Below, piece by piece: positions 30,605 through 40,482 of a stretch of DNA of 64,000 bases. Position numbers and translations under genes: made by a program. Below the pieces are notes generated by a model. It was not told the DNA's origin, made no database searches, and was given only the letters and a program-made list of their open reading frames with translations. This DNA comes from an uncultured Actinomycetes bacterium (lineage in GTDB: Bacteria > Actinomycetota > UBA4738 > HRBIN12): NCBI GenBank assembly GCA_963704725.1, contig OY969934.1, positions 448,001 to 512,000 on the forward strand, given 5' to 3'. Each line of letters opens with the position of its first letter. Positions within the stretch are counted from its first letter, which is position 1.

Positions 30605-30945
30605 TCCATGATCGGACGAACCTCGACCGATCCTCGGCCGACGCTTGGGATCCTCGAGGCGGCCTCGATGGCCTCGTCCAGGTTCGCGCAGCGGATCAGG
30701 TAGTACCCGCCGAGCTGCTCCTTGGTCTCCGCGAACGGTCCGTCCGTCGTGATGGTCTTGCCGTCCTGCTCGCGGACCGTGGTCGCGGACGACGTGGCCT
30801 CGAGGGCCTCGCCGCCGAGGTGCCACCCCTTCTCCTGGAGCCAGGCCGTGTAGTCGGTCCACTTCTGGTTCTCGGCGTCGATGTTCTCCGGCGGCGATTC
30901 GTTCCAGGCGTTCTCGTCGCCGTAGATCAAGATCAGGTATCGCAT
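30589..30945 (-). CDS. YciI/DGPF family protein
   Basis: [21 protein letters not shown]; GAGGAGGAGG RBS. Confidence 0.92.
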   Translation of the reverse strand: MRYLILIYGDENAWNESPPENIDAENQKWTDYTAWLQEKGWHLGGEALEATSSATTVREQDGKTITTDGPFAETKEQLGGYYLIRCANLDEAIEAASRIPSVGRGSVEVRPIMEWGEE

Positions 30946-31003
30946 CCCGCCTCCTCCTCAGCCGAGCGGCAGCCGGCCGGCCGTCGGGCCGGCTCACCCT
31001 ACC

Positions 31004-31030
31004 GACGAATGCGGCCGGTCGCTTTCGACA
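31004..31030 (-). promoter_or_regulatory. ECF42-type promoter TGTCGA-N17-CGTC
   Basis: Minus strand reads TGTCGA aagcgaccggccgcatt CGTC about 60 bp upstream of the DGPF gene, matching the known ECF42 consensus. Confidence 0.8.
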
Positions 31031-31036
31031 GGGGCG

Positions 31037-32201
31037 TCAGATCTGCAGGGTGACGGCCCGCTGGGGCAGGCCGAACGCCCGGGCGGCGGTCCGGATGCTT
31101 TCGCGCGCGAGGTACGAGTACCCGGCCGGCGTGAGGTGGATCCCGTCGCCGGCGCGCATCTCCTGCAGGACGCCGCGCTCGTTGCGCAGGTACGCCGAGT
31201 AGTCCCCGCCCCGGTTGGAGAGCAGCCGCCAGGCGTCGACGTAGGTGGCCAGGGGGTCGGCCTCGGCCGTCTCGCGGTAGATCTGGTTCACGCGTCGGTA
31301 GAAGGCCCACCGACGGTGGTCGCGGACGATGGGGATGCCCACCCACACGACGCGGGTGCCGTTCGCGGTCGCTTCGTGCAGGAACTCGGCCGCGCGCTCC
31401 TGGTACGACTCGATCCAGGCGGTGCTCCCGACCGGGATGTCCTGTCCATCGGGCGTGACCTGGGCCTGGTTGTCGTTCGAGCCGAACATCACGAACAGCA
31501 CGTCCGGCCGGACCTCGTCCTCGATCCGTCGCAGCGCGACCTGCCAGTTGAAGTAGTCCTGTCGCGCCAGGCCCGTGGACTGCCTGCCGAGCGGCAGCAC
31601 CCGGCTCACGTCCGCGTCGAACCATTCGGCGATCCCCGGTCCCAGCCCCTGCGAGAGCGAGTCCCCGACCACCGCGACGCGCAGCTTGGCTTCCTGCGTG
31701 GGGACTCGGATGGCCGGCGGCGGCGCCTCGCGATCCCCGCCGGACGACTGGCCGGTCCCGCCGCTCTGTGGCTGGCTTGGGGGCGAGGGCGACTCGCGCC
31801 CGTCGGAGGGCGTCCCGCACGACGCGGGGCTCGGTGACAGGTGGCGGGAGCGGCGGCAGGTCGAGCTCGGGCAGGACGAGCTCGCCGCCGGGTTGCTCGT
31901 CGGGATCGCGCCCGAGCGCCCGGACGACCAGGTCGCCGGCGCCGCCGAGCCCGAGCGCGTCGGAGACCGCCGACAGGGGTCGGAGCACGGCGAGCGCGGC
32001 CGACCTGCGGGCGCCGACCGGTCCCGTCTCCGCGTCACGCTCCAGGACGGGGGCGAACAGCAGCCCCCACACGACCAGGCACACGACGACGGTGATCGTC
32101 GCGTCCCGGGCCCGCACCGTCCGGCGCCCCGGCGCGGGGTGCCGGACCTCGGGCTCCGGGTCCTCGAGCGTGGGGCGCGGTGGCGTGAGCGTCTGGGCCA
32201 T
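31037..32201 (-). CDS. DUF459/SGNH-family O-acetyltransferase partner (PatB-like), one frameshift near 31830
   Basis: N-terminal TM in one frame; VVGDSL, FGSND and GDGIH in another; the break falls in a Pro-rich linker. Confidence 0.8.
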
Positions 32202-32203
32202 GG

Positions 32204-33631
32204 TCAGAACCGGAAGTAGATGAAGGGGGGGACGCCCTGGGGGCCGAGGGACGTGATCGCGAACAGAACGATCGCGGCGGCGGCCCCTTGGAGCACGGGG
32301 CCGAACCGGGCGAACGCCGTCTGGAGCTGCTCTGCGGGCGTCCGCGGGAGGTTCTGGAGCACCAGCATGCCGCCGATCGCGAGCGCGACGAGCGGGGTGA
32401 CGAGCTCGGATCCCCCGCCCCACCCTCGGACGAGCCGCCCGAGCACGTCGAACGCGGATCCGATCGAGTCGGCCCGGAAGAACACCCACCCCAGGCAGAC
32501 AAGGTGGAAGGTGACGACGCGGGCGCGCAGCACCGCCCACGGCGTCTCGGGCTCCGGGGAGCGCCCCCGCCTCACGCGGCGTGCCCGCCGCAGCCGGCCC
32601 ACCACCTGCCCGGCGCCGTGCATCCCGCCCCACGCCACGAACGTCCACCCGGCCCCGTGCCACAGCCCGCCGATGAGCATCGTGGCCATCACGTTGATCG
32701 CCGTGCGAGCCTCGCCGCCGCGGCTCCCGCCGAGGGGGATGTAGACGTACTCGCGGAGCCAGCGCGACAGGGTCATGTGCCACCGGCGCCAGAAGTCGCG
32801 CAGGGAGATCGCCGCGTACGGCCGGTCGAAGTTCTGGGGGAACTCGAACCCGAGCAGCAGCGCGGTCCCGATGGCGATGTCGCTGTACGCGCTGAAGTCC
32901 GTGTAGATGACGATCGCGTAGCCGTAGATCGCGAACAGGACCTCGATCGCCGAATGGGATCCCGGCGCGCCGAACACCGGATCGACGATCGTCGTCGCCA
33001 GGAAGCTCGACACCACGATCTTCTTGAACAGCCCGCCCATGATCAGGTACGCGGCGCGCGAGACGTCGATCGAGCCGCCGTCGCGGGCGCGGCGCACCTG
33101 CGGGAGCAGCTCGCCGCCGCGGACGATCGGCCCCGCGACCAGATGGGGGAAGAACGAGAGGTACACGAAGGCGTCGAGCCACGGCGCCGGCGTGATCTCC
33201 AGCCGCGAGACGTCGATGACGTAGCTGATCGCCATGAACGTGTAGAAGCTGATCCCGACCGGCAGCACGACCTGCAGCAGCGGGAGCGGGGCCGACATCC
33301 CGAGCCGGTCGAACGCGTTGGCCAGGTTCAGGGCGAAGAACCCGTAGTACTTGAACCACGCCAGCGGCAGCAGGAGCGCGACGACAGATGCCGCCGTGGC
33401 CACGCGGCGAGCGCGCTCGCCCTCCTGGCGTTCCACCCACAGGGCGCCGAGCTGCGCCACCGTGCTGACGAGGGCGAGGAGCCAGACGAGGTGCCAGTCC
33501 CACCACGCGTAGAACGCGTAGCTCGCGGCGAGCATGAACCACTTCCACGCGCGGCGGTGCGGGTTCAGCGCCCAGTGCAGCGCGAACACCACCGCGAAGA
33601 AGATCGCGAAGTCCGTGGTCGGAAACAGCAT
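32204..33631 (-). CDS. MBOAT O-acyltransferase (AlgI/PatA-like)
   Basis: LPVGISFYTF, FFPHLVAGPI, DFSAYSDIAIG, FWRRWHMTLSRWLREYVYIPLGG, GLWHGA. Confidence 0.93.
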   Translation of the reverse strand: MLFPTTDFAIFFAVVFALHWALNPHRRAWKWFMLAASYAFYAWWDWHLVWLLALVSTVAQLGALWVERQEGERARRVATAASVVALLLPLAWFKYYGFFALNLANAFDRLGMSAPLPLLQVVLPVGISFYTFMAISYVIDVSRLEITPAPWLDAFVYLSFFPHLVAGPIVRGGELLPQVRRARDGGSIDVSRAAYLIMGGLFKKIVVSSFLATTIVDPVFGAPGSHSAIEVLFAIYGYAIVIYTDFSAYSDIAIGTALLLGFEFPQNFDRPYAAISLRDFWRRWHMTLSRWLREYVYIPLGGSRGGEARTAINVMATMLIGGLWHGAGWTFVAWGGMHGAGQVVGRLRRARRVRRGRSPEPETPWAVLRARVVTFHLVCLGWVFFRADSIGSAFDVLGRLVRGWGGGSELVTPLVALAIGGMLVLQNLPRTPAEQLQTAFARFGPVLQGAAAAIVLFAITSLGPQGVPPFIYFRF

Positions 33632-33733
33632 GCAGTCTTGAGCCCTCGGCGCTCCGGGCCGGTGTGGGGTCACCGGTTCGGACGCCTCGGGCGGCCATGG
33701 GGTTTCTCCCAGGCGATAGGCTAGCGGACCGTC

Positions 33734-34903
33734 ATGGCGGGCGCTCCGGATCCCCTGGATTACCTGGCCATCGATCGTCTGCTCTCCGACGAGGAGCGCG
33801 AGATCCGCGGCGCGGTCCGCGCCTTCGTGGCCGAGCAGGTCCTTCCCGGTGTGGGGGAGTGGTTCGAGCGCGGGGAGTTCCCGCTCGAGGTGGCCAAGGG
33901 CCTGGCAGATCTCGGCCTGCTGGGGATGCACCTCGAGGGATACGGGTGCGCCGGTGCCAGCGCGGTGGCCTACGGTCTGGCGTGCCAGGAGCTCGAGTAC
34001 GGGGACAGCGGGTTCCGGTCGTTCGTGTCCGTCCAGGGCTCGCTGTGCATGTTCCCCATCCACCGGTACGGGTCGGAGGAGCAGAAGCAGCGGTGGCTCC
34101 CTCCGATGGCCCGGGGCGAGGTCGTGGGGTGCTTCGGGCTCACCGAGCCGGATTTCGGCTCGGACCCGGCCGGCATGCGCACCTCCGCCGCGCGCGACGA
34201 CGGCGGCTGGGTGCTGTCCGGCACGAAGATGTGGATCACCAACGGTGGGATCGCCGACCTGGCGATCGTGTGGGCGAAGACCGACGACGGCGTGCGCGGC
34301 TTCCTCGTGCCGACCGACTCGCCGGGCTTCTCGACGCGTGACATCCATCGCAAGGTCTCGCTGCGAGCCTCGGTGACGTCGGAGCTCGTCCTGGACGAGG
34401 TGCGCCTGCCGGTCGATGCGGTGCTCCCCGGTGTGACCGGCATGAAGGGGCCGCTGTCGTGTCTGACCGAGGCGCGGTACGGGATCGTGTGGGGCGCGAT
34501 GGGCGCGGCGCGCGCGTGCTTCCAGAGCGCGCTCGAGTATGCGAAGACCCGCGTGCAGTGGGGACGGCCGATCGGAGGGTTCCAGCTCACGCAGCGCAAG
34601 CTCGCCGACATGGCACTCGAGCTCAACAAGGGGGCGCTTCTCGCGCTGCATCTGGGACGGATGAAGGACGAGGGGCGCCTGCGCCCGGAGCACGTGAGTC
34701 TCGGCAAGCTGAACAACGTGCGCGAGGCGCTCACCATCGCGCGGGAGGCGCGGGGGATCCTCGGCGCGAGCGGGATCACGCTCGAGTACCCCGTGATCCG
34801 GCACATGAACAACCTCGAGTCCGTGCTCACGTACGAGGGCACGAACGAGATCCACACGCTGATCGTGGGCGAGGCGCTCACCGGTCTCCGGGCCTACGAG
34901 TAG
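33734..34903 (+). CDS. Acyl-CoA dehydrogenase, glutaryl-CoA dehydrogenase-like
   Basis: DSGFRSFVSVQGSL, FGLTEPDFGSDP, KMWITNG, TYEGT. Confidence 0.9.
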   Translation: MAGAPDPLDYLAIDRLLSDEEREIRGAVRAFVAEQVLPGVGEWFERGEFPLEVAKGLADLGLLGMHLEGYGCAGASAVAYGLACQELEYGDSGFRSFVSVQGSLCMFPIHRYGSEEQKQRWLPPMARGEVVGCFGLTEPDFGSDPAGMRTSAARDDGGWVLSGTKMWITNGGIADLAIVWAKTDDGVRGFLVPTDSPGFSTRDIHRKVSLRASVTSELVLDEVRLPVDAVLPGVTGMKGPLSCLTEARYGIVWGAMGAARACFQSALEYAKTRVQWGRPIGGFQLTQRKLADMALELNKGALLALHLGRMKDEGRLRPEHVSLGKLNNVREALTIAREARGILGASGITLEYPVIRHMNNLESVLTYEGTNEIHTLIVGEALTGLRAYE

Positions 34904-34959
34904 CGCCCGGGCATGTAGCCTTGGCGGCGAGCTTATCCCTGCGTGGAGGAGGTTCCATC

Positions 34960-35148
34960 GTGGCGCGCGAGTTCGATTGGGCGCTGTTCGAGAAGGCCGT
35001 CGAGATCACCGCATCGGCGGTCCGGGGGGCGATGGGCGGCGAGAACTGCCAGCCGCCGAAGTACGCCGGAGAGGTGTTCACGGAGGTGTACGCGTCGCTG
35101 CGGGCCGCGGCGTCCGAGCTGCCCGATCGGGCGCGAACGGGCTTCTAG
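34960..35148 (+). CDS. Small 62-aa hypothetical protein
   Basis: GGAGGAGG RBS then GTG; MAREFDWALFEKAVEITASAVRG...VFTEVYASL, two amphipathic helices. Confidence 0.7.
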   Translation: MAREFDWALFEKAVEITASAVRGAMGGENCQPPKYAGEVFTEVYASLRAAASELPDRARTGF

Positions 35149-35513
35149 TCGTCGAGGCGCGAGAGGTCGCGCAGGGACACGATGCCGACGAGCGCGCCGC
35201 CGTCCGTCACGGTGAGGTGGCGGAAGCCGCGCTCGAGCATGAGGCGCCGGGCATCGCGGATCGCTGTCGACGGCTCGACGCCGATCGGATCGGGCGACAT
35301 CCACGCCTCGACGAGGTCGTTCGGGGCGTTGGGGTCGGTGCCGAGCGCCCGCAGCGCGTCGCGCTCGGTGAAGATCCCGACCGCGCGGCCGTCCTGCATC
35401 ACGAGCGCCGAGCCGACGTGATGGGCTCCCATGACGGTTGCGGCTCCCGCGACGGTGGTACCCCGCTCCACGATCACGAGGTCCGTGCTCATGACGTCCC
35501 GAACGGTTGCCAT
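35145..35513 (-). CDS. CBS domain protein
   Basis: TVRDVMS, VGIFTERD, FRHLTV, VGIVSLRD. Confidence 0.9.
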   Translation of the reverse strand: MATVRDVMSTDLVIVERGTTVAGAATVMGAHHVGSALVMQDGRAVGIFTERDALRALGTDPNAPNDLVEAWMSPDPIGVEPSTAIRDARRLMLERGFRHLTVTDGGALVGIVSLRDLSRLDD

Positions 35514-35522
35514 GGCGGTCCG

Positions 35523-36410
35523 CTGCAGCCTAGCGAGGCCGGGGAGCTCGCGAAAGCCCTCCTCGCCTGGTATCGCCCGAGGCGGCGGGCGTACCCGTGG
35601 CGCCGGTCCCGCGACCCGTACGCGATCCTCGTGTCTGAGGTCATGCTCCAGCAGACGCAGGCCGCCCGGGTCGTGCCCGCGTACGAGCGGTTCCTCGCCA
35701 CGTTCCCAACGGTGGCCTCGCTCGGGTCCGCCGCCCGCTCCGAGGTCGTCCGGGCGTGGGCGGGACTCGGCTACAACCGCCGGGCCGTTCGCTTGTCCCA
35801 GGCGGCGCGGATCATCGTCCGTGACCACGAGGGCCGCGTCCCGTCGGATCCCCGCGTGCTCCGGACGCTGCCGGGCGTCGGGCCGTACACCTCGGCGGCG
35901 GTCGCCTCCCTCGCCTCCGGGACCCCCGTCGCCGCCGTGGACACCAACGTCCGCCGCATCGTGGCGCGCCTGCACCTGGGGGCCGAGGCGCACGACGTGC
36001 CGGCCGCCCGGGTCGGCGAGCTCGCGGCACGATGGCTCGACGTTCGCGATCCCGGCGGCTGGAACCAGGCGTTGATGGATCTCGGCCGGGAGGTCTGCCG
36101 GCCGAGACCGCGGTGCGAGGCCTGTCCGCTCGCGGCCGGATGCCGGTTCCTGACGTCGAGCGCGACGCCGCGCCCGGCTCCGCGACGGCAGGGGCGTTTC
36201 GGGGGGTCGTCGCGGCAGCTGCGCGGCGCCGTCGTCCGCGTCCTCCGCGAGCGATCGAGCGCGACGCTCCGGTCGATCGCGGACGAGACGGGGTTCGAGC
36301 TCGATCGGGTGCGGGAGGGAGTCCGTGCGCTGCACCGCGAAGGAATCCTGGCGGCGGGTGCCGGTGCGCTCCGGGGACGCCCCGCGGGTCGGGCCCGTCT
36401 CGCGCGCTGA
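35523..36410 (+). CDS. mutY: A/G-specific adenine glycosylase
   Basis: LLAWY, SEVMLQQT, GLGYNRRA, HhH LPGVGPYT, VDTNV, FeS motif C..PRCEACP....C. Start uncertain. Confidence 0.88.
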   Translation: MQPSEAGELAKALLAWYRPRRRAYPWRRSRDPYAILVSEVMLQQTQAARVVPAYERFLATFPTVASLGSAARSEVVRAWAGLGYNRRAVRLSQAARIIVRDHEGRVPSDPRVLRTLPGVGPYTSAAVASLASGTPVAAVDTNVRRIVARLHLGAEAHDVPAARVGELAARWLDVRDPGGWNQALMDLGREVCRPRPRCEACPLAAGCRFLTSSATPRPAPRRQGRFGGSSRQLRGAVVRVLRERSSATLRSIADETGFELDRVREGVRALHREGILAAGAGALRGRPAGRARLAR

Positions 36411-36486
36411 GGGCCGAACTCGTCTCGCGAGGAACGCGACGATCGCGGAGCGCGTCCAAGCGCCGACCAACGGAGGGAGGCGCCCC

Positions 36487-37425
36487 ATGCGTCGCACCGC
36501 GATCGTCCTGATCGGATTCCTCGCACTGGCCGGTCTGATCGGCTTCTTCGCCACGGGCGGCGGGACCGGCGTCGGCTCCGACGATGCCGGCACCGCGAGC
36601 GGCGGAGGGGGTGCCCTGTCCCGCGCCGTCGCCGCCGAGCCCGCCGGCCCTGTCTCGGAGCAGGCGATCGGGGGCGCGCTCGACGGATCCGTGAGCTCCT
36701 CGGCAGAGCTCGCCGATCTTCCGGCGATCGGGACCTCGATCATCAAGACCGGCGCGATCGCGATCCAGGTGAAGGCGGGCGGCTTCGGACAGGCGTTCGA
36801 TGCCGCCTCGCTCGTGGCCGGCCGGTACGGCGGGTTCGTCCAGTCCTCGTCGATGGCCGGGACGAAGGTGCGTTCGGGCGACCTCGTCCTGCGCGTCCCG
36901 GCGGATCGGTTCGACGAGGCGGTCTCGGACCTGCGCGCGCTCGGCACGGTGGAGCAGCAGTCGGTCTCCGGGGAGGACGTCTCCTCGCAGTTCGTGGATC
37001 TGGAGGCTCGGCTTCGCACGTGGCAATCACAGGAGGCCGTGCTCCTCGACCTCATGGGCCGGGCCACCTCGATCGAGGAGACGATCCGGGTCCAGAGCGA
37101 GCTGCAGGACGTGCAGGTCCGCATCGAGCAGATCAAGGGCGAGCTGAACCTGCTCCAGGACCGGACGGACTACGCCACGATCCAGGTCTCGCTGCACGAG
37201 CCGGGAACCATCGTCGCCGAGCAGCAGACCGACTCCACGAGGCCGAGCCTCGCGGAGGCCTGGGAGCGAGCCCTCGACGGGTTCCTCGGCGTCTGGTACT
37301 CGGTCGTCGTGGGGCTCGGGTACCTGGTCCCGATCGCCGCTCTCGCGGCGCTGGGCTTCGTCGGGTACCGCAGGATCCGGGCGGCGCGCCCGGCCGCCCC
37401 GATCGCCCCCCGGTCCGGCGCATGA
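36487..37425 (+). CDS. DUF4349 domain protein
   Basis: N-terminal TM, LRVPADRFD, EDVSSQFVDLEARL, coiled coil, C-terminal TM. Confidence 0.85.
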   Translation: MRRTAIVLIGFLALAGLIGFFATGGGTGVGSDDAGTASGGGGALSRAVAAEPAGPVSEQAIGGALDGSVSSSAELADLPAIGTSIIKTGAIAIQVKAGGFGQAFDAASLVAGRYGGFVQSSSMAGTKVRSGDLVLRVPADRFDEAVSDLRALGTVEQQSVSGEDVSSQFVDLEARLRTWQSQEAVLLDLMGRATSIEETIRVQSELQDVQVRIEQIKGELNLLQDRTDYATIQVSLHEPGTIVAEQQTDSTRPSLAEAWERALDGFLGVWYSVVVGLGYLVPIAALAALGFVGYRRIRAARPAAPIAPRSGA

Positions 37426-37432
37426 TGACGGG

Positions 37433-37822
37433 GTGAGGATCAGGATCGATCCCCAGGCTCGGGCGCCGGCCTCCGCCCAGCTGCGCGATGCGATCGCCGC
37501 GAGGATCGCCTCGGGCCGGCTCGGGCCCGGGGATCGGCTCCCACCCGTGCGAGAGCTCGCCGGCAGCCTTGGTCTGGCGCCGAACACGGTGGCGAAGGCG
37601 TACCGAGCGCTGGAGGCGTCCGGCCACCTCGAGGGCCGCGGCCGGAGCGGGACCTTCGTCGCCGAGGCTCCCCCCTCGGGCCCGGCGGATGCGGAGGCGG
37701 GACTCGAGGCGGCGGCGCGAGCCTTCGCGTCGCGCGCCCGGCAGCTCGAGGTCCCGGAGGGTCGTGCGCTCGCCGCCGTCCGGGCGGCCATCCGCGGCCG
37801 CGAGGCGGATCCCGGGTCTTGA
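37433..37822 (+). CDS. GntR family regulator (YtrA/YhcF type)
   Basis: GDRLPPVRELA..LAPNTVAKAYRALE..GRSGTFV. Confidence 0.9.
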   Translation: MRIRIDPQARAPASAQLRDAIAARIASGRLGPGDRLPPVRELAGSLGLAPNTVAKAYRALEASGHLEGRGRSGTFVAEAPPSGPADAEAGLEAAARAFASRARQLEVPEGRALAAVRAAIRGREADPGS

Positions 37823-37848
37823 CGAACGGTCGCCGCCGCTCGTAGTCT
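37819..37848 (+). promoter_or_regulatory. Housekeeping-sigma promoter of znuA: TTGACG-N18-TAGTCT
   Basis: Near-consensus -35 and -10 hexamers upstream of the Zur box and znuA. Confidence 0.7.
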
Positions 37849-37860
37849 GCGGGGCAAGGT

Positions 37861-37875
37861 CAAGAATCGTTCTCA
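37861..37875. promoter_or_regulatory. Fur/Zur box CAAGAATCGTTCTCA
   Basis: AT-rich 7-1-7 imperfect palindrome (12/15 to TGAGAATCATTCTCA) between the promoter and znuA, in an operon ending with zur. Confidence 0.7.
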
Positions 37876-37905
37876 TTCTCGAAACCCGACGACCGGAGAC
37901 CTGTC

Positions 37906-38817
37906 ATGTCGAGGGTCCGCGCGATCGCGGCGATCCTCGCGGTGTTGGCCGTGGGGGCGTCGGCCTGCGATCGGTCCTCGGGCGCGTCCGACGGCGGGCT
38001 CACGGTCGTGGCGAGCTTCTACCCCCTCGCCGTGGCGGTGGAGCGCTCGGCGGGCGACCTCGTCACCGTCGTGAACCTCACCCCCGCGGGCGTCGAGCCC
38101 CACGATCTCGAGCTCGCCCCGGACGATCTCGAGGCGGTCGTCACCGCGGATCTCGTCGTCTACCTCGGCGGCGGATTCCAGCCCGCCGTCGAGGACGGGG
38201 TGCAACAGGCCGAGGGGGCGACCCTCGACGCGCTACAGGCCGTGGGCCCGCTCCGTTCGCCGCCGCCGGGAGCGGGGGAGGCCGAGCTCACGGCCGATCC
38301 GCACGTGTGGCTCGACCCGGCACGATACTCGCGGATCGTGGGGGCGGTTGCGAACGCCCTCGCCCGGCTCGACCCGGCGCACGCCGACGCGTTCCGCTCG
38401 AACGCCGAGGCGTTCCAGGGGGATCTCTCGTCGCTCGACGCGGAGTTCCACGACGGGCTGGCGACCTGCGCGCGCCGGATGATCGTCACGAGCCACGCGG
38501 CGTTCGGCTACCTGGCCGAGTCCGACGACCTGGAGCAGGTGCCGATCGCGGGGCTCTCGCCCGACGCCGAGCCCAGCGCGCAGCGGATCGCGGAGCTCCG
38601 GACGCTCGTGCAGGAGCAGGGGATCACCACGATCTTCACCGAGGACCTGGTCTCGCCGAAGGTCGCCGAGACGCTGGCCGACGAGGCCGGCGTCGAGACG
38701 GCGGTCCTGAACCCGCTCGAGGGGCTGACGCAGGAGCAGGTCGACGCCGGGGACGACTACCTTTCCATCATGCGCGGCAACCTGGAGATCCTGAGGACGG
38801 CCCTTGACTGCACCTGA
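37906..38817 (+). CDS. znuA: Zn/Mn ABC transporter substrate-binding lipoprotein (ZnuA/AdcA-like)
   Basis: Lipobox ASAC; EPHD, DPHVWLDP, HAAFGYL, LNPLE. Confidence 0.9.
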   Translation: MSRVRAIAAILAVLAVGASACDRSSGASDGGLTVVASFYPLAVAVERSAGDLVTVVNLTPAGVEPHDLELAPDDLEAVVTADLVVYLGGGFQPAVEDGVQQAEGATLDALQAVGPLRSPPPGAGEAELTADPHVWLDPARYSRIVGAVANALARLDPAHADAFRSNAEAFQGDLSSLDAEFHDGLATCARRMIVTSHAAFGYLAESDDLEQVPIAGLSPDAEPSAQRIAELRTLVQEQGITTIFTEDLVSPKVAETLADEAGVETAVLNPLEGLTQEQVDAGDDYLSIMRGNLEILRTALDCT

Positions 38818-39628
38818 GCGGCACGCCGCCGCACCCGACCTGTCTCCGGCGACGCCGGTGAGGCGAGCCCCGGCCTCGCTCGGCGACGTCCTGGTGCGCG
38901 CCGAGGGCGTCACCTTCGCGTTCGGGCGTGCGCGCGTCCTCGAGGGCGTCGACCTCACGGTGCGCGCCGGCGAGTTCGTCGCGCTCGTCGGGCCGAACGG
39001 CTCGGGCAAGTCGACCCTGCTCCGCCTGCTGCTCGGGTCGCTGACGCCGTCCGGGGGATCCGTCCAGCTGCTGGGCGAGACCCCCTCCAATCTCGCCGAT
39101 CGGGCCCGGATCGGATACGTGCCGCAGCGGCCCGTGCTCGACTCGGAGGTGCCGGCCACCGTCGAGGAGATCGTGGCCGCGGGGCGTCTGGCCCGGCGCG
39201 GGTGGTGGCGACCGCTCCGACGAGAGGATCGCGAGTTCGTGAGCCACGCCCTCGAGTCCGTCGGCCTCGGCGACCTGGCGCGCAAGCCGCTCAACGAGCT
39301 GTCGGGTGGACAGCAGCAGCGCGCGTTCATCGCACGGGCGTTCGCCGGCGAGCCCGATCTGCTGCTCCTCGACGAGCCGATCGCCGGCATCGACGCCGAG
39401 TCGCAACGCCGGTTCCGGGACTCGCTCACCCACCTCATCGCCGAGCACGGCGCCGGCGTCCTGCTCGTCTCGCACGAGCTTTCGGCGGTGGCCCCGGAGC
39501 TCGACCGCGTCATCGTGCTGAAGCGGCGCGTCCTGTTCGACGGGCCGCCGTCGGAGCTGGCCGCCTCGGGCGTGAGCCTGGGGATCCACCGCGACGACCT
39601 CCCGCTCTGGCTCGAGGGGCTGCGCTGA
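38804..39628 (+). CDS. znuC: Metal ABC transporter ATP-binding protein
   Basis: GPNGSGKST, GYVPQ, LSGGQQQR, LLDEP. Confidence 0.88.
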   Translation: MTAPERHAAAPDLSPATPVRRAPASLGDVLVRAEGVTFAFGRARVLEGVDLTVRAGEFVALVGPNGSGKSTLLRLLLGSLTPSGGSVQLLGETPSNLADRARIGYVPQRPVLDSEVPATVEEIVAAGRLARRGWWRPLRREDREFVSHALESVGLGDLARKPLNELSGGQQQRAFIARAFAGEPDLLLLDEPIAGIDAESQRRFRDSLTHLIAEHGAGVLLVSHELSAVAPELDRVIVLKRRVLFDGPPSELAASGVSLGIHRDDLPLWLEGLR

Positions 39629-40482
39629 TGCCCTGGCCGATCAACCTGCTGCCGTACCCCTTCGACCTGACGTTCATGCAGCGCGCGCTCGTCGCGGGCC
39701 TCGTCGTGGGCATCTTCGCCCCGATGATCGGGACGTTCGTCGTCCAGAAGCGGCAGTCGTTGATCGGCGACGGGATGGGGCACCTCGCGTTCGCCGGCGT
39801 CGGCGTCGGGTTCGTCGCGGGCTTCTGGCCGGTATGGGGTGCGCTCGTGGTGGCCGTCGCGGGCGCGCTCGCACTCGAGTGGCTGCGGGCGCGCCGCGCG
39901 GCGTCGGGCGATCTTGCGCTGGCGCTCTTCTTCTACTCGGGCATCGCGCTCGGGGTCGTGCTCGTCAACCTCGGCGGAGCCGGAGGCCCGAACGTGCTCG
40001 TCTATCTGTTCGGCCAGCCGCTCACGGTCAACGACTCCGAGATCGGCGTCATCGTCGGCCTCGGAGCCGTGATCGTCGTGGCGATGCTGGTGCTCCGCCG
40101 CGTGCTGTTCGCCGTCGTCACCGACGAGGAGTGGTCCCGCGTGGCCGGCCTCCCCGTGGGGTTCCTGAACGCCGTCCTCGCCGTCCTCGTCGCGGTCTCG
40201 GTCGTGGCGGCCATGAAGATCGTCGGTGTCCTGCTGATCGCGGCGATGATGGTCCTTCCGGTCGCCGGCGGGCAGCTCCTGGCGCGTTCGTTCGCCGGCA
40301 CGCTCAGATGGAGCGTCGCGATCGGAGTCGTCTCCGTGGTCGCCGGGCTCGCGTCCTCACGGATCTGGGACCTCGCGCCGAGTGGGATGATCGTGCTCAT
40401 CGCGGCCGGGGCGTTCGCCGTGACGGCGGTCGTGAAGCGCGGCGCGGCGTTTCGACTGAGTGCGGAGGGATCGGAAGCGTGA
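39628..40482 (+). CDS. znuB: Metal ABC transporter permease
   Basis: FMQRAL, GDGMGHLAFAGV, YLFG, VGVLLI. Confidence 0.88.
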   Translation: MPWPINLLPYPFDLTFMQRALVAGLVVGIFAPMIGTFVVQKRQSLIGDGMGHLAFAGVGVGFVAGFWPVWGALVVAVAGALALEWLRARRAASGDLALALFFYSGIALGVVLVNLGGAGGPNVLVYLFGQPLTVNDSEIGVIVGLGAVIVVAMLVLRRVLFAVVTDEEWSRVAGLPVGFLNAVLAVLVAVSVVAAMKIVGVLLIAAMMVLPVAGGQLLARSFAGTLRWSVAIGVVSVVAGLASSRIWDLAPSGMIVLIAAGAFAVTAVVKRGAAFRLSAEGSEA

